DNA of 64,000 nucleotides from a virus. Position 1 is the stretch's first letter; each line of letters begins with the position of its first letter. The translations under genes and the position numbers were made by a program. Under the pieces are notes generated by a model that ran no database searches, had not been told where the DNA came from, and saw nothing but the letters and a program-made list of their open reading frames with translations. The stretch is taken from IMG/VR virus record IMGVR_UViG_3300004241_000002. The stretch is one strand, 5' to 3'. This document shows positions 29,501 to 42,400 of the stretch, in pieces.

Positions 29501-30448
29501 ACCATGTTTGTCAGAAGTTAATGTAAAATCTAAATCATGTAAATCTTCACTAGCATCTCTATATAGTGTTCCCTGTCTTCTTAAACTGAGAGATCCTGTC
29601 AATAATAAACCAAGCTCTTGAAAGTTTTCTATTATCTCTTTTGCTTTAGCATCTTTGCTTATAGTATTATCATAATTTGTTAATTGTTGAGATTCTGATA
29701 ATGTTGTACCAAATTTATCAAAATTAAGATTTAAAACATCATTGGCTAAATCATCCAATAGATCTATAATTTCTTCATTAGATAATTTATTATCAAATAA
29801 GCTTTCAACAAAAGATTTTATTTTAAGTAATAAATACTTTAATTGCCTTTCCAGTTTACTACCCCCTTTTATTTGCCAATACTCAGCTTTTCTATTTTGA
29901 TAACTATCTTTTGGTAATTCAAAATTATTTTTTATAGCATCTGCTATAAAATCTATAACTATTAATTCTTTAATTTTACCTTCTGATAAATTAGGGCTAC
30001 GCTTTTTATAGTCGTTATGTATTTTTGAATAATTTGTAATATTTTCTATAGAGTGAAGTAGATCTGTTCTGATCTTATTTTTTTTTCCAAGAAAACTGTA
30101 CACAACGTATGCTGTTTCTTTTAAAAGACCTTCTTGTTTATAATTATTATTAACTAATATAGTTTTATATAATAAATCTGTTAAACTTTGAGGGTTATAT
30201 TCTGACGCATCTTTTAAATCATCTCTAAATTCTGTAGTAAAATTTAGGTTATTTAAAAATTGTAATAACTTACTATCTAAAGGAACGTCTTTATTTTCAG
30301 ATACAAATTGATCTAAACTAGGCCATTCATCAGTATTATTCTGCTCCATCCACACACCCATCTTTGCAGATAATATTGCAGGATGCAGACCAGATGCTTC
30401 CACTAATTCGTTAAAGTCAGGATGATTTATATTAATACATTTAGCCAT
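23564..30448 (-). CDS. giant virion-associated protein (about 2294 aa) with a zincin HExxH motif and an N-terminal nucleotidyltransferase-like signature
   Basis: Uninterrupted ORF. The likely start is ATG 30448 (MAKCININ), which overlaps the upstream stop as TAATG. HEAIH at 28163-28177. GS...DLD...DL pattern at 29267-29596. C-terminal hydrophobic segment LLEIVMIASILLFV. Confidence 0.85.
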   Translation of the reverse strand: MAKCININHPDFNELVEASGLHPAILSAKMGVWMEQNNTDEWPSLDQFVSENKDVPLDSKLLQFLNNLNFTTEFRDDLKDASEYNPQSLTDLLYKTILVNNNYKQEGLLKETAYVVYSFLGKKNKIRTDLLHSIENITNYSKIHNDYKKRSPNLSEGKIKELIVIDFIADAIKNNFELPKDSYQNRKAEYWQIKGGSKLERQLKYLLLKIKSFVESLFDNKLSNEEIIDLLDDLANDVLNLNFDKFGTTLSESQQLTNYDNTISKDAKAKEIIENFQELGLLLTGSLSLRRQGTLYRDASEDLHDLDFTLTSDKHGEFFDKLLADLDRNFEGASESGKGFLLDNLTKTLDQSYRKHPILKSIKDKYPSFKITNSFKGNNNEITISGDIDGYAIDLFFVKALELDTNEKSFQDWQPIFLAKLKMGRLKDIRDFANYIPFNSVGKNKFAEIKGFRHFSFNLNKDVILSKIRVIPNKFDYIAREIVNKTTWRDVAKLLLGYNNALGKTIFNGHVEILRKDDPERLAGNVAHMRGFAIAINRIIPGLLEVKQYNEYHDKPMPNGEYAVKYKGFRMGIHQSALDHYHGVKGNQNLEEGPVPNTPPNTSAQLTIDFSPTHSVTVDNVYSENLDPGLKDEMAPESAAHTEAVSNEIMNFLNKNQNNNNIIDVINNLKDQYGISISHERVFDIIKNNKEFNNIDFKIASRLEIATLYPSRYKEVKDSDGFIITDSKKGNTTIYIIKDNIGIFGSSTIDSLMGTLLHEAIHGITMEAIINPTTAEQHALKRELNNIYKAAKAKSKLAKAGHPGYGSLEEFMADGITDPQILQELNTSEFNFLERIWNAVLKFFGYSPKTIEGQTFKSLIELLSKYNTIHVSRTIPRLYHKKSFPSLNESFNKYLVDLVGPDSKYKATIKDQAEVTKKLLDKHLKEGGAVINSKELLEAERIVSALDIGDVSSNIDKTIKNFDSNLKVNNLYNGSNAIAKAIGEFNNRYDITDRSKQELIGKFKTMFGEDAAVITNAVLWDNDGKVYDVVDFVVFYTDKTSGMLVYSMINLFDGGKEMGTFNNLKGPDKTKPNYVTFRPGTLRDRTQLRLHLDTMMMSNVINPGQPSHRVLADRRYIISIAETPDGKYDLDREFQNSYIHELLWYSKLISELWKEEFQKVRERYLEEEVTIDTSDDAIEERALNEEESFRQAMFAETNQTDIQKILLEVVEKLTTRKKLESMFGNKFRAEEVAAAMHNIIAKHKEPVEAMNEFIDYAARILSEARTNMINSWSTDVAADKRKLIRYYSMIGSFEILRHYEQYLVNAVDNANIIPNIQREGETDLRKQYRSRLKQAVSDIDYVKDQYISRAIKLLATTLVPYYNKIKVQHIETAKRDYRLNKYNYEHGIETTKLFNPAMSEDEYVYAVINTGPIQKSIEKDSLEGITAELKKGMKDIGYLEMLVDNVLDTGDAAVGAFVKFITATDDERRILVEEERLKYEPILKEYYNHLHKSGAIFSNYQSMYDFMLEKDSKGNPTNYIISKFPSELIKEKKKAIILASTITNEDKKEEDKERRRFINGWLSDNMPLNNLKFVEGIYTYLKELTLLDKDDPNHITDKEYNLITEKLHIKELFPKFDKEVKDGYLREEVVNTIRKWTNEHIDDYREAGPAWDTSQWDKLQEILKDPNDIRTKVYNAIVEMQRNADNLVPGGMAIGARLPGIIKQKNERISSGQNLYTMTSQSLSRTFTFKVDDTHRPQEIVDDKGEALYWIPIHYIKPVLKKVGDSYVEDYENQSFDLFGIYFSYYASAMDYSKKHAILAEVTMMKDVLKQREIIKRDSFSATVKNTFEKIVGITSERTPTVIGGNIANQTISWINAVIFGQYEKDAGVIPGTNIDVGKLIQFLKKYTAANLLGLNITQGINNVSLGEINQWIEAVAGQYMSKMSYLKAHKDYAANLPGMISDVGARVPENFLTLLAQSFDIVEMPSAKSISQMSKAQGFRADKMVHSLNNMGEHFMKVKLLVGMLYDKKAYDKDGKVIGSLMDFYTLNDKGKLIFDKEGKVDLDRSQWNKIDQINFKQRVEGVASRLHGDYSNLAIVMMQQNAFLSLAYMFRKFMAPGIRRHWGKKRYEERTMEYQVGIYPTMYEHMIKPAFQLATWWKRTEEELALLRQYTVGQRWAMLSDQERANIVRGLLEIVMIASILLFVRLMDDDEEELSFADNFLMYQLLRLKAELMFYVSIPDAMAILRSPAASLSVVENVGKLARQALNPMEVYESGPWKGQLKMYKHMVNMVPVLRQYYRLRNIDTQIPWFKR

Positions 30449-33400
30449 TATAAACAATTTTTATGATTAGTAATTTCTTCAGGTGACATAGCAATCATAT
30501 CTTTTAATGTCAAGGGTACATAGTTAGGTTTATCTTTATACTTATTATTAACTAAATCCTTTAATTGATTTAAGGACATATCTTCTGGTTGTTCAACCGT
30601 CCTTGTACTAATATTAGTATCCTCTGTTACATCGGTAGACATCTCTGATATTAACCGATCCCTAACTGAAATATTACCTGCAAAAGCATTATCTAATACA
30701 ACACTATAGTCGTCTATAAGGATAACATCTTTGGCATTTTCAAACTCCATAGACGGATGGTTAAAGTATAACATTTCATCTCCATCGGGAATATAGTTGT
30801 TTATAGTTTTAACAGCTTCTTTACCATTCTTATCTAAGTATTCTAACTTTAATGTTTCTTGATTCTCTTCAATAGCACTCTGGTCAAACCAATACTCCTT
30901 ATATGTTATACCACCTTTATCGTATGATTTCCTTGGTATAGTTTTATATATAGGATGTATTTCTGTAATGTATTTAGTTTTAGTTACATTTCTACCATTA
31001 GAATCTACTGCATCTACAGCTTCCTCTTTTGATATTTTGTAGTAACCTATATACTTAAATAAATGAGGTTTAATATTGAAAGCTGAAGAATTATCATAAT
31101 ACATTATATACTTAGTAAATATAGGATCGCCTGCCATATTATTACCCAAGAAATGATTAGAGTCTTTGGTTATACGAGGTGCTTTCTTTGACTTAACATC
31201 ATATGTGACCATTTCAACATGATTTAATTCTATCATAGTCAAAGAACCATCTTCAGCTGTCAACAAAGGAACACTATTATCTTCTTTCAGTTTACCGGCT
31301 GGCACTTCTTTAAATAACAAAGGAATATTATCATCAAATACGGTTGGTATTAAATCCTTGTTTTGAGCATTGTTAATAAACACTTCGTCTATAGTAGACA
31401 TTATTTCAGTTGATAATATAGGATCGCTATATAATTGACGTTTGCCTTTTATAAACTCGTTTAAACTCACAGGTTCTTCACCACGCCTAACCTGAAAGTC
31501 CTTGATTAAATCAGGTGGTATGATATTAAAAAATGAATGTAACCTATTCCTAAACCCTGAATTATAGAAAGCAAATACAAACAACCTCTTTGCAAAAGAT
31601 ACTATTCTCTTACCTTCTTCTGTAGATTGATCTGCATTTAACATATCAAGCCAGTCATACATATAATCATCATTAGATAATTTATCTGCAAATGACTTCT
31701 TAGCAGTACCAATAAAATATTTAATGGGTAATTTAGCTTCTGTTGTTATGGGTAATTTACTAAAGGACCTCATCACAGCATTGTTTTTTAGATATGCTGC
31801 TTCAGGTACCTTATTCATTTGAATCTTACCAAGATACTCCATAACACTATTCCATAATACAACAAGATTACCAGAACCATCTTTATTGGTATCTGTAGTA
31901 ATTATATCGTCGTGAAAGAACTCACCTACAATAGTAGCATATAATTCATCGGCTATAGAATTTATAAATCTTTTGTCTAATGTATCTGAATTATTAGATA
32001 AATCAAGTATAGTACCTAATGCCCTCATAAATACAGGAGAAGCATATATAGTTAATTGTGGTAATACATCTAATAAGAACCCTACAGAATTTCTATAATA
32101 TGGCCCCAATAAGCTTTCGCCATTCTTAATATCTTTTATAGGTAATAGTTTATCTGCATTCTTAAACAAAGGATAATTACCTTCATTCTTCTTTGTAAAG
32201 TCTTCGAGTCTTTTATTATAGTGAATAACTTCTACAGCAGTCTTACCATACTTCTTAGTATCTATCTGAGATAACTGAACAAGATTATTAAGATCTTTTG
32301 ATATATAATCAAAATGCTTATATATAGAAAGAATCCTTAACTGATGTAATATAAATGCGTCTTTCTCTTTGTCAGATTCAAATGATTCTATAGTTTTGTT
32401 ATAGTAATCAAGTTTTTCATTACCCGCAATTGATATGGTTTCTTCTACAGATTCATTATTTAAAAATTCAGATCCCTTAATATTTTCATATTCTTTCTTA
32501 CCATCTTCTGATAAAGCAGCTTCCCATTGTTTCTTTGTTTCATTGAAAGCATGTGTCTCATTGTAGTATAACCTCATCCTATGTTTCCTACCAGAGTTTA
32601 TAGACGATCTGGCAAATTCTTTAAGTATAGGTTGTGATAAGAATTTAAATGTTTCAATACCCATGCCACCCCTTAATAATAAGGATGTAACATTATAGGT
32701 TACTTCATTGACATTTAATTTCATAATATAGTTATCCTTGGCTAAGTCAACGTGAGCATCTATCATAGCAGATAACCAAGATAATATACTTAATCTATCC
32801 TTGCCGTAAGTATCATTTAAACTTATACCACCTTTGTCGCCTTCTATAAGTAAACCTAGACCATTACCAGTATGTTGTAACCTTGCAATCTGACCTAAGA
32901 TATGATGTACATTGTTTAATGCAAACGGAGCTATACCTTTCTGTCCACCATTATACTGAAACTTTAATTTGTTTTGATGTGTAGCAGAATATACATATAA
33001 ATCATTAGAACTAAACTCTTCGTTTATAGTGCTTGCTAACTTCTTAAGCTGACCAGTAAATCCACCTAAAGGTAACTGAGTTTGTATAAGGTGTTCTTTA
33101 CTACTATATATAGATAAGTAGGCCGTAAATAGTTGATTCTTTATAGCACCCACAGTATTATATTCATAAGGATCTTTGTTCTTATTATCTTCTAAAAACT
33201 TTTCCCTTATCTCTTTTAAATTCCAATCCTTTACAGTATCTTTAATATGCATCAACACACCAATTGTCTCTAATGATAGAGAAGACGAGTCTGTTTCAAC
33301 ATTCTTCATTAAGTAATCTAAGTCAGTGCCTATTATATTTAATAAATCTTCATATAAGTTATCACCAAGAGATTGAATTATAGATTTAAGAGTATCTACT

Positions 33401-36400
33401 TTATTACCCCTAAACTTGTCAGGATCTATTTTATAAATTCTACCTAACTTGTCTATCTTATTTACAATATTGTTTATAATATTTACTGTTTGGTAATTAA
33501 ACGCCTCTTCTGGAGTATTACCAAACCTTGTTATAGACATATTGCCCTTTTCATTTAAACTATAGTTATATCTTATAGCATATAATTTGTCAATGTCAAA
33601 GTCAGAACCAGTTAAAGCTGTTACAGGAGAAGGAAGAATAATAGTATCGCCCATAGACTCTTCAGTAACATCCTTTATCTTAAGATATATAACAGATGCT
33701 TGAGACTGTGTAGGAATACGATAAGCTAATATTTCAGGGGTATTCTCTAATACCCATTTTCTTGCATCTTCAAAAGATATATCTTCATAGTTTGGTATAA
33801 CATGTTTGAACATAGAGATAGATACAATGGCTTCGGAAGCAGTTAATCTGCCTTCTGCGTCTATAGTATACCACTTTAATTCTTCGCTAGGAGATGCCGC
33901 AAGCCCTTGATTAGACATCTGAATAAAGGCGTTACCAGGCATAAGAATATCAATAACACTCTTATTAGTCATACCTATTATCCTACTTGATATCTGTCTT
34001 TTATTAGGCATAGCATCAAGCTCTATATATAGAGAGCCGTCGCTATCTAACCTAAATGAATCAGATATAAGGTCTGGCATAGCAGACATAATAGCATCTT
34101 CACGTAATGTGTCAGATAATGTTTTTAAATCAATAGACTTATTTTCATCCTTCCAACCTATCTTTTCTTTTAATCTTAAAAGACCTTTATCACTTATGCC
34201 AGCAAGAGACTTAAATATAACATTTGATATCTCCCTACCAGTTAACATATTACCGTTAAAATTGTATACCTTATCAAATAAGTTTAAGTCAGCAAGACCA
34301 ATCTTAGCAAACTGAGTACCCATTTTAGACTCCTCTACATCATGAGGATCAGTAACAATCTGTTTCCTTAAAGAAGCAAATGGCGTAGGATATGATGCTA
34401 AATCAAATAAATCATTAACCTCTTTCCTATCTGCTTTCTTATATAATGGTTTAGAAGCCCTATTACCAACCTTTACAGCAGAGTTGTAAACAACCATATG
34501 TACAGGTTGTTTATTAGAACCTTCGTACTTACCAGTCACCATCATTCTATCATATACTTCCTGTAAATGTGTACCTTGTATTAAACCTGGCCATAATACA
34601 GCTGTAGATAATTTAAGATATAATGGAGATAATATTTGATCATATTCTAATAAGTCAAATAATACTGGTTTTAAAGGAGGCATTAATAACCTAGATATAA
34701 TAACTGACTCCGAAGGAGTCATTTCCCCTATTGGTTTTGATAACATAAGATTATAAGCTTCTTCCATCTCATCTGTCCATTCACCATGCTTATCAAGCAA
34801 TGACCTATACATTTGAGGAGTAATATAACCTTGTCCATCCGTAGGATCTATATCTCTATAAGGTCTTAATAAGTCCTTTATATTGATCTTAAACTCTTTC
34901 TTTAATATATCTTGAAGAATGTTTGGATCTAACTTATCTTCGTCTAAAACAGTTTCATATTGCTTATACCTTTCAGGATCTCTAAACTTTAAGTCCCTCA
35001 AGAGTATAGTAGCATAGTTGATTGTTATAATTCTTTCTAGATTAGCATATGATTCCTTATCAAATTGATCAGGGTCATTCATGTTAATCTTCTGAGTATG
35101 TAATACTGCTAAATTAAAATAGTCTTGATTGTTACCATATGTTATGGGATTACTACTGTAACTACTACCAGAAGATGTCATAACACCTAAACGTTTAATC
35201 CTATCTGCTTGTACTGTTCCCTCTTTACTTGCATAGAATGCGGGATCGCCAACAAATAACATGTTGGTTTCAAAGTTAGTCATGAGCATTGATAACTCAT
35301 TCATCATAATAGTATTACGAATAGCAAAGTCTATTGGACCTGGGTCTTCTTCTTCACCTAATAGTTTTTGAGTTTCAAGTAATTTACCTTTATCTAAATA
35401 ATTATTTTCTAATGTGTTTTCTTCAGTTAATCTAATAACATTATTTTTTAGAGCATGATCTATACCTATTTCTACTATCTCTTCTAGCATAGTAGTTATA
35501 AGACCTTTGGCCTCGGCTTCAAAATTAAAATCCTCTGCGTTAAAAGATCTAAACTCAATATATTTATAAGCATTTGCCCATTTGTCAAGATTACCTTTTG
35601 GTTTAAATATAGGTTTGAACGAATCACCTTCTTTAACTATATTATAATGATAGTTTTGAATCATTTCATTTTCAAGGATATTTTTCTTTGTAGCATCATC
35701 TGCTTCTTCATATCTCTTTAATAATTCATTTGCTTCATCTATCCTATCCTTTTCAGCCCTAGCATAATTAATAAATATATCTATTACTTCATCCTGTAGT
35801 ACTAATTGATTATCTACAATATTATATAAGAACTGTGGCATCTTAAACCCATCGAGGAAATAATAAGTTGTTCTATCAGCAAGAATTGGTAATGGTATAA
35901 GACCTGCTTGGAAAGCAGTAAGTCTCATAACATAATCTTCTATATCGTTAAGATTTGCATACGATGTACCTTTATCGCTAGCATCTCTTTCTTGCCAAGC
36001 TGATAATGTTTTTAATCCTATGTTCTTCTTGTTAGATTCGTTGTTCTTAAGAGAGTTAAGTAAATAAGAATACTTATGATATTGTTTACCTAAATATCTA
36101 TCTACTTCTTTTTCATCCCTAAATTTCTTAATTTGATCTGTAGCATAACTATTATCAGAATATGCAAAGTATTGATGACCATCTGGACCAATAACCATGA
36201 TATTAAGTAGATCGGGATATAAATTATACTTGGCCTCTGATAATTCCCTAACTATATAAACACTTTGAACTTTACTAGATAGTTTTTTAGGGCTTTCATA
36301 CATACTAAGTATACCACCGTATACATTATAACCTTCTTGATTAAGTTGCTTTTCTCTAATATCAGCAAACCTAGTTACAAGTTCGCCACCTTTCTTTAAT

Positions 36401-39400
36401 ATATAATCTGCTAATTCACTAGCATAGGTGCTGCCAAATTCTTTAACTCTATTTTCTAATACATAATCTAATATTTCTTTTGTAGTACCAATGGAAAATT
36501 CACTAATAAACGATAAGAAATCATTTTCTAAATTAGCTAATATAGTTTTATTAAATCTCTTACTAGTTGTTTTATTTTCAGGTAATTCTTCCTTTACTTT
36601 ATTTTTAAGGTCTTCCCATTTTTGAAGAAGTTCATTATACTTCTTTACATTTACAATTTGTCTACCATTATGTTCTTTAAAGTATTCAGATTCAAAGAAG
36701 TCATATGCCCATCTCCTTGCTTCATCTTTTTCAGCCCTTGAAACATCAGCTCTCTTTATTTCAAATTCAAAACCACCGTTCCTAGTTCTATTATATAGAA
36801 TATTTACAAACTCATGTTTATGTTTATTAACAGTAACTTTAAATTGAGTACGAAGTCTTTCTGGAGCGTTTGATAACTTATTATATAAATCCATATAGGA
36901 GTAATGTACTTCTCCTTTCTTCTTTATATAGTCCATCATTTCCTCTATAGTTAACTTGTCATGTAAGCCAAACATAATATCATACCACATATGATCAAAA
37001 CTAACATAACTAGGAACACGAGTTATTTCATTTATATCTTCATTCTCCCTAATAGTTGCTATCAAGAATTTAATATTAGAACTTGCATTATCTCTAACAT
37101 CTACTTCATACGATGCTTTACCGTACCTAAGTATCATATCGGCTGAACTAGCTTCTTCAACACTAAATTCTAAGTCTTCTTCGTTCTCAAATACATTATC
37201 TCTAGCAGCAATACCATACTGACTCCTAAGCATACCATGTATGTGTTTCACATAAACGGGCATGTATTTTGGATCTAGTACGGATTCATATAACTTTACT
37301 ATACTATCAATCTTATCTTTTTCTACTTGTAAATCTGCTAAAGTTTCACCTTCTTGTAAAATATTATTTTCTATATCATATTGTAAAGACTTTTGAATAA
37401 CCCTAAAACCATCTGATTCAGATTCGTCTTGAGCTTCTTTATCCAATAATTCTTTCTCAATATAATTAAATAAATTCTTAAGGTTTATATTCTTATATTG
37501 TTTTAATGATACTACATTGCTTTGTGCTATCAATATTGTAGTAAGACCTTTTACAAAATTCATAAACTCTTCATGTGAGTTTATCTCTGGCATATCTATC
37601 CTACCTGTGCCAAGTAATGAAGCCACCTCATAAGGAGCCTCATAGTCTTTTAAATCATACCTTCTCTTAAGTCCTATAAATCTATCTGTAAATCTACCAG
37701 CATCTATCTGCTTGAATAGACCTTCTATCTCATATGAATTAAGTCTATTACTACCAGTAAAGAAGTATACTATAAAATCATATAAACGTTTAATCCAAGG
37801 TGTAACTTCTGCATATAAAGGTTGTTCATCTGCTTGATTTAATTTCCACGCCCTAAACTCATTAGCAAGTCTTTCTTCAACTACGCTATCTTTAGCGTTG
37901 GGCATATTGTATTTCTTGCGAGCCTCATCATAATATTTAGCTCGTTCTTTCTTTGATAAATAACCAAGAGATACCCTATGAAATGCTTCGTGATATATAA
38001 CACCCATTGGAGATTCTTTATATATATAGATGGCATTGGCTCTAAATAAACCAAATGCTTCTCTACCAGGAATAGCAAGTTGTAATAACTTATCTACTTC
38101 TTCAATTGTCTTACCTGGAAATCTTGCACTAAACCAGTTCTTTTCTGTTTTAGATACTCTAGGACCTGTCTCATGAACTTTGTCATATTCCCAAGCAGGT
38201 AGGTTGTTTTTATCTATAGATGGTGCATTCTTAAGCCTACTGCGTTTTACTGGTTTAATAACTCCTTGCCTTATTGCGATACCTTCCTGTGATAGTTTTA
38301 TACGAATATCTTCAGGAATATTTTTTGACTTTTCTAATAGATCCAAAACAGTAGCAGAATCAGGATACGCCATTGTCTTACCCCATTCACCATAAGATTT
38401 ATCAACATACTGGGTAAGAACATTTATTGCATCGTCCATCCAAGCACGTTCTTCACGTATCTTACCTTCTTCTGTAGGAGTAGTAACTGGAGGAGTAACT
38501 ATAGGTTCTTCAGTCTTTGCTGATTCATTTGCTTCAGTAATATTATGTATATTAGCAATTAGTACTGGTTTACCATCTACTACCTTATTACTATTTAAAG
38601 TAACATTAGTACTTACAATATAACCAGGTTTACCCCTCTTATCATGTTTAATCTGTGTGCTAGCTAATACCTGAGCCCATGTTAAACCTGCTGTAGGATC
38701 ATTAACAATACTACCAATCTTAAACTTCTTATTAATAGGTTTATTTAAAGAATAACCAGGTAACCTCTTTAACTTAAGTGGTATCCTATACTTCTTATTT
38801 TCAATAGCCCATGTAATAAAAGCACTACGTTCTGCCTTACTAATATTAAGTATATCTTCTATCTTACCAGCTGTACCAAAGTATAAAGTACGTCTGTTCT
38901 CATCTATAAATAATCTATGATTAGATAACTTTCTTTCATCTGTAGTAACTGTACCATACAATGCAAGTAGACCAATAACCTCACCTGCAGTAATACCTTC
39001 TACCCTATTATCAATAGTAGTATTATCTACATATATAGGAGAACGCCTACCTTTACCAGGTGCATTTAATGTTACTATAGTATTTAATAATATATCAGCA
39101 TGTTCAGGAGTTAAGTTAGCTACATTAGCCATGATAGATACAGTATTACCTTGCATGGTTTTACTTGTCTTAAATGACACAGAACCAGGTATAGAACTTA
39201 CTGTAGATACCTTATCATTAGCAGCATACATTGAATCCTCATCTAGTGCTACCCATAACTCAAGTTCTTTGATATTCATCTCCAACCTATTATGTATAGC
39301 ATCTGCTGTAGCAACCCTGTTTAAATGACCTCCTTCACGGCTTAAACCATTTACTACAAATGAACGACCAGCCATTAATTCATCTAGGATCATTAACCTA

Positions 39401-42400
39401 AACGCCCTAGTCTTTTCCCTTTGTGTTTTCTTATATATTTCTGGGTTAACTCCTTCTTCTTCTGGAGCAGATAAGTTCCAGAAATCAGAATCATGTACAA
39501 ATAATTCGTTATTAAATTTCTTATCACCAGATGTTATTGTAACACTTATAGGAATTGTATCTAATAAAGTATTCCAACCTGTTTCTGATGTTTGAGGAGT
39601 AGGTGTATCATAAAAGAATTTTAATACAGCTCTTATATCTCTATTCCTATCCTTCTTTGTAGACTTAGGATTAAATATAGTAGTTAACCTATTAAACAAA
39701 TCTGTTTTCTGTTGCCTCATTTCTGGAGTATCTGCAGGATCTGTCCAATATTTATTATTAAAGTCAACAGAATATGTTATAGTAGATTGCTGTAATAGTT
39801 TATCTATTTCTTCACCAGGCTTACTTACAAACTCATCTAATTCTTTATCCCTTACAACAACTTTACTTGGAGCTTCTTTATCAAGATGTATATATGAAAT
39901 AGTATCATCTAAAGTTATGATAGGTCTGTTATTACGTTTCTTCTTTAATTCTAACCTATATTGATTATTAAAATTAGAATCAGGATTAACCATATTAGAT
40001 ACAGTTTCAAACTCTTCATAATTAGCAGCCGTATCATTATATTCTGAAGTATGTAGATCATCTATCTCATATGATATAGGAGCAATATTATCTGGTACAA
40101 ATGCATTTAATGAATCAAATGTGCCAGGTATAACTTTATATATAAGTTTACCATCCTCACCTTTTTCTACAGAATCTACAATACCTTCTTTATTTATAGA
40201 AGGTATAAATACAATATCATTTGCTCTGAAACCAAACTGTTCATTTACATCGTTGTTCCTTTCTTCAAAGTCTTTATAGTACTTTTCAATTTCTTCCTTT
40301 GTAGCAGTATAACCATTGGCTAATCGTTTCTCCATTGCCTTATAAGCATGAGAGTCTGCCTTCAATTGAGATAATTGTTGTGAAGTAGCTTTAAAGGCTT
40401 TTATATCTTCTGTGTTTAAACCTTTTAATATTTTTTTATCTTCAGGAGTTAATTCACCACCTAAACCTTCTACTACTTCTTTCTTAGTCTTTAACTGTTC
40501 ATCATAATATTTAAGTTGTTCAAGAGCATCTTTCTTAGCTCCATCAGACATATTATTTAATACCTCTTCTGTATATCTTGATCTAAAGGAATCAGCTTCT
40601 ATTTGTTCTGCTTCAAGTTCTAAGTCTAATTGTAACTTCATCTTAGCAAAAGCAGACAAACCAGCATAACTTTTACCTATCTCACTTTCATCATCTATAA
40701 GTCTACCTAAGTCCTGCTTCCTTATTTCTAATTCTGATATAGCACCATCTATAGCTTCTCTTGAAGCCCTAGTCTGGACTATGGTACCTGCTAATAATTT
40801 AGCATAGTTATCAGGACTCATATTCTTATATTGAGGAGCCCTATTCTTATAAGCTGTCTTAAAACCTTTGCCTAGTACAGACTTAGGATTACTAATATCA
40901 GACATTACTTGATTATACTTCTCAGCAATATCTTTTACTTTTCCTTTAAGTTCCTTAGCACGCTGTTTGTTATCTTGTCCCCTAAATGGAGCAACCTCTT
41001 CCTCAGTTAAGCCAAACTCACCTAAGTTCTCATTAGTGAACTCATCGTTTACTATAGCATCTATAAGACCTTCTGTATGAGGTATACTATTATTAATTGC
41101 TGCATTAACAGCTAATGTTGATATAAGTTTATCTTCAGCTAACTTTTCTTTTATAGGATTATTTTGAGTTCTAGCTTCAAGTATTTCACTACTTATAGCA
41201 GAAAATAATTGTGCTTGTGATTTAATTTTTGCTACACTTTCATCTTCTATACCACGAACTTTATCCATTAACCCACGACCACCTTGCATAGCAATAGCAC
41301 CTAATGCACCAAAGAACATATTGGTCCATATTTCACCACTTTTTAAATGTTTCTTAGCTACTTGTGAAAATGGTACATCTAAATTAGGATTAAGTTGTCT
41401 TTCAATAAAATGCTTACTGTATTCATTAGACATGAACTGATAACCTTCTTCTAATCCTTCCCCAATAGCATCTTTTAGTAAGTTATAAGACTCTACATTA
41501 AATATATTACTTGCTGCTTGACCAAGAGATAATTTACCTTTTGTACTGATAGCTCCTGCTAATGCCCTATTAAGAAACATATACTGAGGTATATCCTGCA
41601 TAATCATAGGCCAGTTAAGCATATAATTCTTTTGAGCTCCTTTTGCCGCCATAGTTATAGCTTCCTGTTCAGATAAACCTTGCGCTAAAGCACTTTCTTT
41701 AAGTTCATCAAAGGTACCTTTGGCTTCCATCATTGATTCCATATGTCTGGATACACCAGCTTGTATAACAGCAAACCCAGTTTTACTCATTTTTAAACCA
41801 GTAACTGCCTTACCAACTTTAGATACAACTCCTGCTACACCTGCTGCAGGTATCATTAACGATATAGATGAAGCTATACTAGGAGCGTTTTTCATCCACC
41901 ATGACCAATCCCAAGGCCTAAATTCACCTTCCCTGTAACTAAATTCATTTATAGGCATTTCTTCCCTAGCCCATTCTCGTAAATTAGCCCCAGCATTACT
42001 TAAAGCGTTGCCAAATTCATCATCTGCTCCTTCGGCAAGCTTATTGAACTCACGTAAAGCAAATAAATAACCAACCCCTTCCATCATACCACCTGCCACC
42101 TCGCCTATTACAGCTTGACCAAGCATGCTACCAAATTGAACCATTGGGCCTTGTTTATCTGCCCTAATATTCTGTAAATATGGCTGATCTAACCTAGTAA
42201 GACCTCTATCATATCTAGACTCTCCTACACCATATGAATCAACAGGACGATATACATCATCATAATCATCATATACTTCGCCAGGAAATATCCTAGTATT
42301 TTTCGGAAATTGATATGAAGGTTTTTCAAAATAACTCTCTTGTCCTAAAGCTACATTGACTTTCTTATTTTCGGTAGTATCAAATAAAGATCTTTTTGCC

